From the NCBI GenBank assembly GCA_044426045.1, contig JAWXUX010000001.1, positions 65,816 to 129,815 on the forward strand: DNA of 64,000 nucleotides. The letters are read 5' to 3'. A model generated the notes under the pieces. It saw only the letters and a program-made list of their open reading frames with translations, did no database searches and had not been told where the DNA came from. Position 1 is the first letter of the stretch, and every line of letters begins with the position of its first letter. Made by a program: the position numbers and the translations under genes. The DNA is from Bacillota bacterium. Its GTDB lineage: Bacteria > Bacillota > Clostridia > Christensenellales > CAMQZB01. Below are positions 56,698 to 64,000 of the stretch, piece by piece.

Positions 56698-56749
56698 CTA
56701 ATATAAAAAACTGATATAAAGAAACTGATATAAACAAAATTGATATAAA
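56698..56749 (+). repeat. Four direct repeats (C/T)T(A/G)ATATAAA at 13-15 nt spacing
   Basis: CTAATATAAA at 56698, CTGATATAAA at 56711, CTGATATAAA at 56725, TTGATATAAA at 56740. They fill the ybaK-iorA gap. Confidence 0.75.
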
Positions 56750-56762
56750 AGGGGAAAAACGA

Positions 56763-58538
56763 ATGAAAAAAATGCTTATGGGTAATGAAGCAATAGCACT
56801 AGGTGCGATATCGGCGGGGGTTGATATTGTCACTGGCTATCCTGGAACTCCGTCAACGGAAGTTTTGGAAGCATTTGCCGTGAACAAAAAAGATTGGCAG
56901 TATGTCGAATGGTCAACCAACGAAAAAACTGCGCTAGAAGTTGCCGCGGGCGGTGCCTACACAGGTGCCTACACAATGGTGACAATGAAACAAGTTGGCT
57001 TGAACGTCGCATCCGACCCGCTCATGAGCCTAGCTTATGTCGGTATCAAAGGTGCAATGGTTGTTATGGTTGCCGATGATCCAGGTCCAATTTCCTCTCA
57101 AACAGAACAAGACACACGCCATTTTGGCGAATTTTCAAAACTTCCAGTTTTCGACCCATCGTCGGCAGCTGAAGCGTATGAAATGATTGGCGACGCGTTT
57201 GAATATTCGCATGCGTATCAAACGCCAGTTATTTTCCGCCCAACAACAAGGGTTTGCCATGGATATGGCACTGTGGAAATTTCCGAAACTCAAAAAAGAA
57301 GTGAAATCACAGGCTTTGAAAAATCAAGCAAGTGGGTAATTTTTCCCCGCCTTGCTTATGCCAACCACATCAAAATGGAAGAAAGAAATGTTCAGCTTCA
57401 AAGCGTGTTTTCCGAGTATCCAAAAAACACAATCGAAGGCGACGGCGTGAAAGGAATTGCGACAGGTGGCGTGAGTTATGCCTATGTCAAGGAAAATTTT
57501 GAAAGTGACTGCAAACTTTTGAAAGTTGCAACGCCTCACCCATTCCCAAAACAAAAAGCGCTAGAATTCATGAAAGGTCTTTCGGAAGTTTTGGTTATTG
57601 AAGAACTTGATCCAGTGATAGAAAAAGCACTGCTCCAAATAAAAGCAGAAAACAACCTTGACGTTGTGATAAAAGGAAAACTCACGGGCGACAACATCAA
57701 CGCGGGTGAAAATTCATCAGCAAGCGTGAAAAACGCAATGAATAATTTCCTTGGCAAAAAGTGCGAAAACGGCGAGAGTATAGCTTTGCCACCACTTCCA
57801 ATCCGCCCACCGGTTCTTTGTGCGGGCTGTCCTCACCGCGCGTCATTTTATGCGGTGAAACTTGCAATGAAAAACCAAAAAGCGGTTTTCTGTGGCGATA
57901 TCGGCTGCTACACCCTTGGCAACGCAATGCCACTTGACATGACGGACACTTGCCTTTGCATGGGCGCGGGTATCACAATCGCCCAAGGCATAAAAAGGGC
58001 GGAACCCGACATGAAAAACTTCGCATTTGTTGGCGACAGCACATTTTTCCACACGGGAATTCCAGGTGTCGTGAACGCACTTTATAACCAAACAGACCTA
58101 TTTTTGATAGTGCTAGACAACAAAACAACCGCAATGACAGGCAATCAACCTCACCCGGGAATGGGAAACACCATGATGGGGTGCATATCAGAAAAAATTT
58201 CAATCAAAAAGGTGCTTGAAGCACTCGGCGTTTCTCAAATCAAAGTTTGCGACCCATTCCAGCTTGAAAGTTCAATTTCCGCAGTGAAAGAACTCTCGGA
58301 AAAATCAGGCGTGAAAGTTATCATCTTTGAATCACCTTGCATAAGCGTGGCAAAAAAAGGCAAACCGCTTGAAATCAAATCAAATTGCGTAGGTTGTGGC
58401 AGATGTGTTTCTGAAATTGGCTGTCCTGCAATTTTCGCGGGCAAAATTCCAACAATTCAACCGTCACTTTGCACGGGTTGCGGTCTTTGTCAGTCAGTTT
58501 GCAAAGTGGGCGCAATAGGAGGTGTCAGCAATGTATAA
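56763..58538 (+). CDS. iorA: Indolepyruvate:ferredoxin oxidoreductase, alpha subunit
   Basis: MGNEAIALGAISAGV..GYPGTPSTE, a TPP motif GDIGCYTLG..GDSTFFHTG, and two C-terminal 4Fe-4S CxxCxxCxxxC motifs. Confidence 0.9.
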   Translation: MKKMLMGNEAIALGAISAGVDIVTGYPGTPSTEVLEAFAVNKKDWQYVEWSTNEKTALEVAAGGAYTGAYTMVTMKQVGLNVASDPLMSLAYVGIKGAMVVMVADDPGPISSQTEQDTRHFGEFSKLPVFDPSSAAEAYEMIGDAFEYSHAYQTPVIFRPTTRVCHGYGTVEISETQKRSEITGFEKSSKWVIFPRLAYANHIKMEERNVQLQSVFSEYPKNTIEGDGVKGIATGGVSYAYVKENFESDCKLLKVATPHPFPKQKALEFMKGLSEVLVIEELDPVIEKALLQIKAENNLDVVIKGKLTGDNINAGENSSASVKNAMNNFLGKKCENGESIALPPLPIRPPVLCAGCPHRASFYAVKLAMKNQKAVFCGDIGCYTLGNAMPLDMTDTCLCMGAGITIAQGIKRAEPDMKNFAFVGDSTFFHTGIPGVVNALYNQTDLFLIVLDNKTTAMTGNQPHPGMGNTMMGCISEKISIKKVLEALGVSQIKVCDPFQLESSISAVKELSEKSGVKVIIFESPCISVAKKGKPLEIKSNCVGCGRCVSEIGCPAIFAGKIPTIQPSLCTGCGLCQSVCKVGAIGGVSNV

Positions 58539-59088
58539 TATCATACTCGCGGGCGTTGGCGGTCAAGGCACCGTTCTCGCATCAAAAATCATCTCGGCAT
58601 CAGCCCTTGCAAGCGGAAAATGCGTTATCGCAAGCGAAACAATCGGCATGGCGCAACGTGGTGGGTCGGTGACAAGCCACATCAGAATTTCCGAAACTCA
58701 AACGGTGGCATCACCACTCGTTGGCGCAGGTCAAGCGGATATCATCATCGCGTTTGAACTTTCCGAAGGGGTGAGATGTTTTCCATATCTCAAAAAAGGC
58801 GGAAAAATGGTTGTTTCAAAAGGAATAATGCAACCGACAACCAAATATGACTACAACACAGAATTGCTTGAAAACTTCTTGAAAGAAAACGTTGAAAACT
58901 TGAAACTTGTCGATGCAATGGAAGTTTGCCAAAGCCTTGGAAGCTATCAAGTTTTGAACACGGTGCTACTTGGCAGTGCGCTTGAATATCTTGAAATTTC
59001 CAATATTGAAGAGGGTATGAAGCAAAAAATAAAACCTCAATTTCTCGAATTAAACAACAAAGCACTTGCGGGAGGAAAAAAATTATGA
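58522..59088 (+). CDS. iorB: Indolepyruvate:ferredoxin oxidoreductase, beta subunit
   Basis: NIILAGVGGQGTVLASK..ETIGMAQRGGSV. Overlaps the iorA end. Confidence 0.88.
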   Translation: MSAMYNIILAGVGGQGTVLASKIISASALASGKCVIASETIGMAQRGGSVTSHIRISETQTVASPLVGAGQADIIIAFELSEGVRCFPYLKKGGKMVVSKGIMQPTTKYDYNTELLENFLKENVENLKLVDAMEVCQSLGSYQVLNTVLLGSALEYLEISNIEEGMKQKIKPQFLELNNKALAGGKKL

Positions 59089-60314
59089 ACATGACGAGCG
59101 AAACTTTTGAGCTAGTTCTCAAAAACATCAAATACGCAAAAGAAAACAGTGAATACTATCAAAACAAGTTTGCAGATGTCGATGTTGAAAGTATAAAAAC
59201 CGAAGAAGATTTCAAAAATTTGCCATTTTCAGATAAAGAAGACCTTCGAAATGCCTATCCATTGAAACTTTCTGCCGTGCCAAACAAAGATATCGTGAGA
59301 ATTCACTCTTCATCGGGCACAACAGGCACGCCGGTTATCATTCCCTACACAAAAAAAGACGTAGAAGATTGGGCGACAATGTTTGCGCGTTGCTACGAAA
59401 TCGCGGGTGTCACAAATGAAGACAGAGTGCAAATCACTCCCGGCTATGGACTTTGGACAGCGGGTATCGGCTTTCAAGCGGGGATTGAAAAACTCGGCGG
59501 AATGGCAATTCCAATGGGACCTGGCAACACAGATAAACAGCTTCAAATGATGCAAGATCTCGAGTCAACAGTTATTTGCGCAACTTCATCATACGCACTT
59601 CTTCTCGCCGAAGAAATTGAAAAACGTGGCATCAAAGAATCAATCCACCTCAAAAAAGGCGTGATTGGGTCAGAACGTTGGGGCGAAAAAATGAGAAAAC
59701 GTATCGCAAGCGAACTTGGTGTTTCACTTTATGATATATATGGCTTAACAGAAATTTATGGCCCAGGCGTTGCAATTTCATGCGACAGCGAGTGTGGAAT
59801 GCACTATTTCGACGATTTTTTCTATTGCGAAGTAATCAACCCAGAAACTGGCGAAAATCTTCCCGACGGCGAAATTGGCGAGCTTGTTATCACTACACTA
59901 CAAAAAGAAGGCGCACCACTTATAAGATATCGCACGCATGACCTCACAAGAATCATGGTCGGCGAGTGCGCATGTGGTTGCAAATATCCAAGAATTGACA
60001 CCCTCGTTGGCAGAAGCGACGATATGGTGAAAGTGAAAGGTGTTATCATCTTCCCGCAAAAAGTTGACGAACTTCTCTCAAAAATCGACGGCGTGAGCAG
60101 TGAATATCAAGTTATGCTTGACCACTTGAACGGACGCGATATCGTCACAGTGTATTTCGAAACATCGGATGAAGATAAAAAAGCAATCGAAACAAAAGTC
60201 GCAAAAAAATTCAAGGAATACATCGGCGTGAACATTGTTCCAAAAGCAGTTTCAATCGGCGAACTTCCAAGAAGCGAGAAAAAATCCGTGAGAATTTTTG
60301 ATAACAGATACTAA
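59085..60314 (+). CDS. paaK: Phenylacetate-CoA ligase family (PaaK-like)
   Basis: IHSSSGTTGTPVIIPYTKKDVEDWA, YGLTEIYGPGVA, and a C-terminal ACT-like tail. ATGA overlap with iorB. Confidence 0.88.
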   Translation: MNMTSETFELVLKNIKYAKENSEYYQNKFADVDVESIKTEEDFKNLPFSDKEDLRNAYPLKLSAVPNKDIVRIHSSSGTTGTPVIIPYTKKDVEDWATMFARCYEIAGVTNEDRVQITPGYGLWTAGIGFQAGIEKLGGMAIPMGPGNTDKQLQMMQDLESTVICATSSYALLLAEEIEKRGIKESIHLKKGVIGSERWGEKMRKRIASELGVSLYDIYGLTEIYGPGVAISCDSECGMHYFDDFFYCEVINPETGENLPDGEIGELVITTLQKEGAPLIRYRTHDLTRIMVGECACGCKYPRIDTLVGRSDDMVKVKGVIIFPQKVDELLSKIDGVSSEYQVMLDHLNGRDIVTVYFETSDEDKKAIETKVAKKFKEYIGVNIVPKAVSIGELPRSEKKSVRIFDNRY

Positions 60315-60548
60315 AATTAATAGCGACTGACAAAACGCAAAAATCATCAAAAATCATCAAAAAACGAATAAAAAAACAGTAAACAATGGGGTTTATTTTT
60401 CAAGTATCTATATATTTGGGAGATAAAGCCCTTTTTTTATTAAAATTCAGCCATAAACGCATTCCTTAAAAAATCGCCACTCATTTCTTAAGGTTTCCTT
60501 AAGGTTGAAAAACTATCATTAAAACATAAACTTGAAGGAAGTATTAAA

Positions 60549-62126
60549 ATGAAATCTAAAAAGAAATTAAAAGTTATCATTGCCATCATTGTGGCAGTTG
60601 CAATCGTTGTGACAACAGTTGCACTTTTTGTTCTGCAAAATACGAATGAAGACGTAACTTCATATACTGTTGCATCAAGCTATATGAACGAAGCAATCAG
60701 CACAACAGGCTCACTTGCGTATTACGACGTGGAAGATGTCACAATCTACAGCGCCGTTTCAATCTCAAGTCAGCTAGTTTCAACAGGAACTGAAGTTTCG
60801 GTTGGTGACGGACTTGTGACAGTGAGCGCAACAGGGCTTGCTTCAGCAATCACTTCAGCTGAAAGTGCAATTGATAAATATGATGCTCTTATTGCAGCAA
60901 GTGAATCAACAACATCAAGTGGCACCGTGACAGCACCGCTTTCAGGTCGCGTGAAAGAAATTTACGCAACCGTGAATGAAGATGTTCAAATCACAATCGC
61001 TGAATATGGCAAACTCATGACTCTTTCAATCGACGGATATATGGCGTTTGATATCACCCTCACAGATAGCACTCTCAAAATCGGCGACACAGTCTATGTT
61101 GAACTTTCAAACGGCAACACAGTTTCAGGAACAGTGAAAAACGTCACTGGCACATCATATAAAATCCTTATTTCCGATGAATACGGCTCAACTGGTGAAA
61201 TCGTTTCAATTTCAGGAAGCGACGCCACTGCCGAGCTTTACATAAACAGTCCAATCGATATCCTCACATCAAGCGGAACTGTTGAAGAAATCAATGTTTC
61301 AGTGAATTCACTCGTGACTTCAGGAAGAACGCTGATTGTTCTTAACGAAGTGACAGAAGCAAGCGACTATTCAGAATATGTCGAAGCAAGAACAGAAGTT
61401 GCCGAACAACTTGCAATCATGATTGCTGCACTTCAAAACAACACAATCCTTTCACCATATGAAGGTGTCATCTCTTCAATCGCGTCATCATCAACAGCAA
61501 GTATCGCAAGTATCGCAAACGCTGATTATATGCAAATCGACGTTGAAGTTAACGAACTTGACATTTTGAATGTTTATTATGGAATGGAAGCGGAAGTGAC
61601 AATCGATGCACTTTCAACAACTGTGACAGGATATGTCACTGCAGTTGCAACAGCATCAACATCATCAACAACAACAACATCATATACAGTCGAACTCTTG
61701 GTTGAAAGAACATCAAGCATGTATTCAGGCATGAGCGCAAGTGTAGACCTTATCATCGCACAAACCGACGATGTTATCATGATTCCAATCGAAGCACTTT
61801 CAGAAGATGAAGAGGGTGTTTATGTCTACACTAATTCAAGACTCACTAAAAAGCAATATGTGACTCTTGGTGACACAAGCTCAATTTATGTTGCAATAAC
61901 TGAAGGACTTGAAGTTGGCGACGAAATCTATTATGAAGTGACAGAAGCTGACGAAAGCAGTATCTCTTCAATCCCAAGCATTCCAACAACAACCGACACA
62001 TCAGGCATGACAGGCATGACAGGCATGATGGATATGTCAAGCATGGCAGGCATGGATATGAGCAGTATGCCAAGTATGGACAGTGGAATGTCAAGCGGAA
62101 TGACTGGCGGAATGGGCGGCAGATAA
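60549..62126 (+). CDS. HlyD/MacA-type periplasmic adaptor with Ser/Thr-rich inserts and Met-rich C-terminal tail
   Basis: N-terminal TM anchor, barrel-sandwich/lipoyl-like segments (VTAPLSGRVKEI), and genomic pairing with the MacB-type ATPase and permease. Tail has 13 Met in the last 46 aa. Confidence 0.7.
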   Translation: MKSKKKLKVIIAIIVAVAIVVTTVALFVLQNTNEDVTSYTVASSYMNEAISTTGSLAYYDVEDVTIYSAVSISSQLVSTGTEVSVGDGLVTVSATGLASAITSAESAIDKYDALIAASESTTSSGTVTAPLSGRVKEIYATVNEDVQITIAEYGKLMTLSIDGYMAFDITLTDSTLKIGDTVYVELSNGNTVSGTVKNVTGTSYKILISDEYGSTGEIVSISGSDATAELYINSPIDILTSSGTVEEINVSVNSLVTSGRTLIVLNEVTEASDYSEYVEARTEVAEQLAIMIAALQNNTILSPYEGVISSIASSSTASIASIANADYMQIDVEVNELDILNVYYGMEAEVTIDALSTTVTGYVTAVATASTSSTTTTSYTVELLVERTSSMYSGMSASVDLIIAQTDDVIMIPIEALSEDEEGVYVYTNSRLTKKQYVTLGDTSSIYVAITEGLEVGDEIYYEVTEADESSISSIPSIPTTTDTSGMTGMTGMMDMSSMAGMDMSSMPSMDSGMSSGMTGGMGGR

Positions 62127-62140
62127 GAAGGAGCGAAAAT

Positions 62141-62812
62141 ATGTTAACACTAGAAAACGTATGCAGAACATATGATGTGGGCGGAGAAGTTGTTAAAGCG
62201 CTCGACAATGTGAACATACATATCGGAAAAGGTGAGTTTGTCGCAATCATTGGCCCATCTGGGTCAGGCAAATCAACCCTCATGAATATTATCGGCTGTC
62301 TTGATATCGCAAGCTCGGGCAGATATAGTCTTGACGGGATAGAGATTGAAAAATACACCGACGATCAACTTGCGGAAATTCGCAATAAAAAAATTGGGTT
62401 CATTTTTCAAAACTTCAACCTTTTGAATAAACTAACAGCGGAAGAAAATGTTGAACTTCCATTGATATATCAAGGAATGAAAGAAGCTGAAAGAAAAGTT
62501 CGCGTGAAAGATGCCCTTGAAAAAGTTGGTATCTACTATCGAAGAAACCACACGCCACTTGAACTTTCCGGCGGACAACAACAACGTGTGGCGGTTGCAA
62601 GAGCACTCGCGTCAAAACCGTCGCTACTTCTTGCCGACGAACCAACGGGTAACCTTGATTCTAAAACAACAAAAGATATCATGGATTTGTTCCATGAACT
62701 TCATAAGGAAGGCAACACAATCGTGCTTATCACCCACGACAACGAGATTGCAAAACAAGGCTCTCGTCAAGTGCGTATCCTCGATGGCAAATGTCAGGAG
62801 GTCAGCTTATGA
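62141..62812 (+). CDS. MacB-type ABC transporter ATP-binding protein
   Basis: [24 protein letters not shown] and [12 protein letters not shown]. Confidence 0.92.
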   Translation: MLTLENVCRTYDVGGEVVKALDNVNIHIGKGEFVAIIGPSGSGKSTLMNIIGCLDIASSGRYSLDGIEIEKYTDDQLAEIRNKKIGFIFQNFNLLNKLTAEENVELPLIYQGMKEAERKVRVKDALEKVGIYYRRNHTPLELSGGQQQRVAVARALASKPSLLLADEPTGNLDSKTTKDIMDLFHELHKEGNTIVLITHDNEIAKQGSRQVRILDGKCQEVSL

Positions 62813-63984
62813 TAATGATGTTGCAACAGTCATGGAAAATGGCTATCAAAGCGGTTTTTTCAAACAAAGTGAGAACACTTCTCACAATGCTTGGGATCAT
62901 CATCGGTGTCATGTCGCTTGTTGTGCTTGTGTCACTTGTTGATGGTGCAACAGCATCAGTTTCGGAAAACCTCGATTCAATCGGTAATAACGTCCTCACC
63001 GTTACTATAACAGATGACTATTCAAGCCCACTCACTCAAACCGACCTTGACACAATCGTGGAAGAATGCAGTGAAGTGACGGCGGTTTCGCAATATGTTT
63101 CAACGTCTGCATCTTTCAGAAGCGGATATGAAGAAGCTGAAAGAGTGACAGTCACAGGCGTTGTGTCGAATTATTTCGATGTGAAAGGCGTGACAGTGGT
63201 TTCTGGACGTGAATTCCTTTCAATTGATAACGATAATTCAAGTTATGTTGTTATCATCAACGAAAACCTTGCAGAAACACTTTATAATTCATATAACGTT
63301 GCTGGGGAAGAGCTTTATATCAACGGCTACAAATTCACAGTTGTCGGCGTTATTGAAAGTTTGGACAGTGCAACAACAGAAGCGTTGATTCCATATTCAA
63401 CGGTATATAGAATTGGGCTTGCAGATACAACAATAACAACTTTTTATGCCGAACCAAAAGACAGCACAGATTCAACTGATGCAAATTCTGAGCTTGCAAC
63501 ATGGCTAACAATGCGTTTCCAATATGATGATGAAGCCTATTCAATCGTGGATATGTCTTCAGTTCAAGACATGGTGAACTCAATCAACAACACAATGTTG
63601 TTGCTTCTTGGTGGTATCGCATCAATCTCACTTATCGTCGGCGGTATTGGTATCATGAATATCATGCTTGTGTCGGTGACAGAAAGAACAAAAGAAATCG
63701 GTATCAGAAAAGCTATCGGTGCGAAATCAAACGGTATCATGATTCAGTTCCTTTTGGAAGCTCTGGTGATAAGTTTGATGGGTGGTGTTATTGGGCTTGT
63801 GCTTTCATATTTCACAATCCTCATAGTCTCACTGTTCGTTGATTCAATCACGCTTTATATCTCTGGCACAGTTTCATTAATAGCAATCGGCTTCTCAGTT
63901 TTCGTGGGCGTAGTGTTTGGTAGCTATCCAGCACACAAAGCAGCGAAAAAAACACCAATCGAAGCGTTGCGATACAGTTCGTAA
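62809..63984 (+). CDS. ABC transporter permease, FtsX/MacB type
   Basis: MacB_PCD-like periplasmic domain and C-terminal FtsX TMs (GGIGIMNIMLVSVTERTKEIGIRKAIGA). The ATG at 62809 overlaps the ATPase stop, with AGGAGG upstream. Confidence 0.9.
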   Translation: MIMMLQQSWKMAIKAVFSNKVRTLLTMLGIIIGVMSLVVLVSLVDGATASVSENLDSIGNNVLTVTITDDYSSPLTQTDLDTIVEECSEVTAVSQYVSTSASFRSGYEEAERVTVTGVVSNYFDVKGVTVVSGREFLSIDNDNSSYVVIINENLAETLYNSYNVAGEELYINGYKFTVVGVIESLDSATTEALIPYSTVYRIGLADTTITTFYAEPKDSTDSTDANSELATWLTMRFQYDDEAYSIVDMSSVQDMVNSINNTMLLLLGGIASISLIVGGIGIMNIMLVSVTERTKEIGIRKAIGAKSNGIMIQFLLEALVISLMGGVIGLVLSYFTILIVSLFVDSITLYISGTVSLIAIGFSVFVGVVFGSYPAHKAAKKTPIEALRYSS

Positions 63985-64000
63985 TAGGAGTGTTTATGAC

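Noticed and set aside
63996-64000. ATG at the very end of the window preceded by TAGGAG
   Set aside because: This is probably the start of the next gene, but only 5 nt are visible, so no call is possible.
1-64000. Defence island, prophage, integron or toxin-antitoxin content
   Set aside because: I saw no integrase, recombinase, transposase, restriction-modification, Cas, reverse transcriptase, abortive-infection or phage structural motifs in any frame. The only HEPN-like and XRE genes are isolated and are reported separately with caveats.

Overview
This looks like a chromosomal segment of a low-GC, endospore-forming Firmicute. Gene content and order are Clostridia-like: nadK-argR-recN, aroB-aroQ-aroK, prs-pth-mfd, ctsR-clpC, comM-dprA-topA-trmFO-hslVU and spoVAC-AD-AE. 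I call 55 protein genes plus one candidate 31-codon micro-ORF. All but a YesM/YesN-type two-component pair are on the + strand. The genetic code is standard, packing is tight, and many starts and stops overlap by 1-4 nt. Content is almost entirely housekeeping or metabolic: 2-oxoacid and indolepyruvate ferredoxin oxidoreductases, an aryl/acyl-CoA ligase, luxS, an amino-acid ABC importer, class 3 FBPase, the Rrf2-NifS-NifU Fe-S module, and a MacAB-like efflux system. I found no rRNA, tRNA, CRISPR array, transposase, prophage or recognisable defence island. The main thing the gene map does not explain is a family of five intergenic nested-hairpin elements of about 200-270 bp (1239-1467, 6868-7081, 19861-20126 inverted, 32482-32694, 51150-51366). 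Each has arms built from tandem heptamers that differ between copies but always co-vary between the two arms. Each also carries an invariant box pair with a conserved asymmetric internal loop, and one copy has a possible 8-bp target-site duplication. I cannot assign the family to any named repeat or ncRNA class. Two copies are followed by extreme C-rich, G-poor tracts. Secondary oddities are a HEPN(Rx4H)-CBS fusion next to hpf, a luxS gene nearly abutting (2-nt gap) an internally duplicated membrane protein, and a shikimate-kinase homologue lacking the canonical glycine motifs. Others are a 54-nt in-frame duplication in tadA, a MITE-like inverted-repeat unit in the luxS-nadK gap, the micro-ORF coupled to spoVAC, and an orphan XRE repressor flanked by TGCA-dense DNA. 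All functional calls come from reading motifs by eye; no database search was possible.
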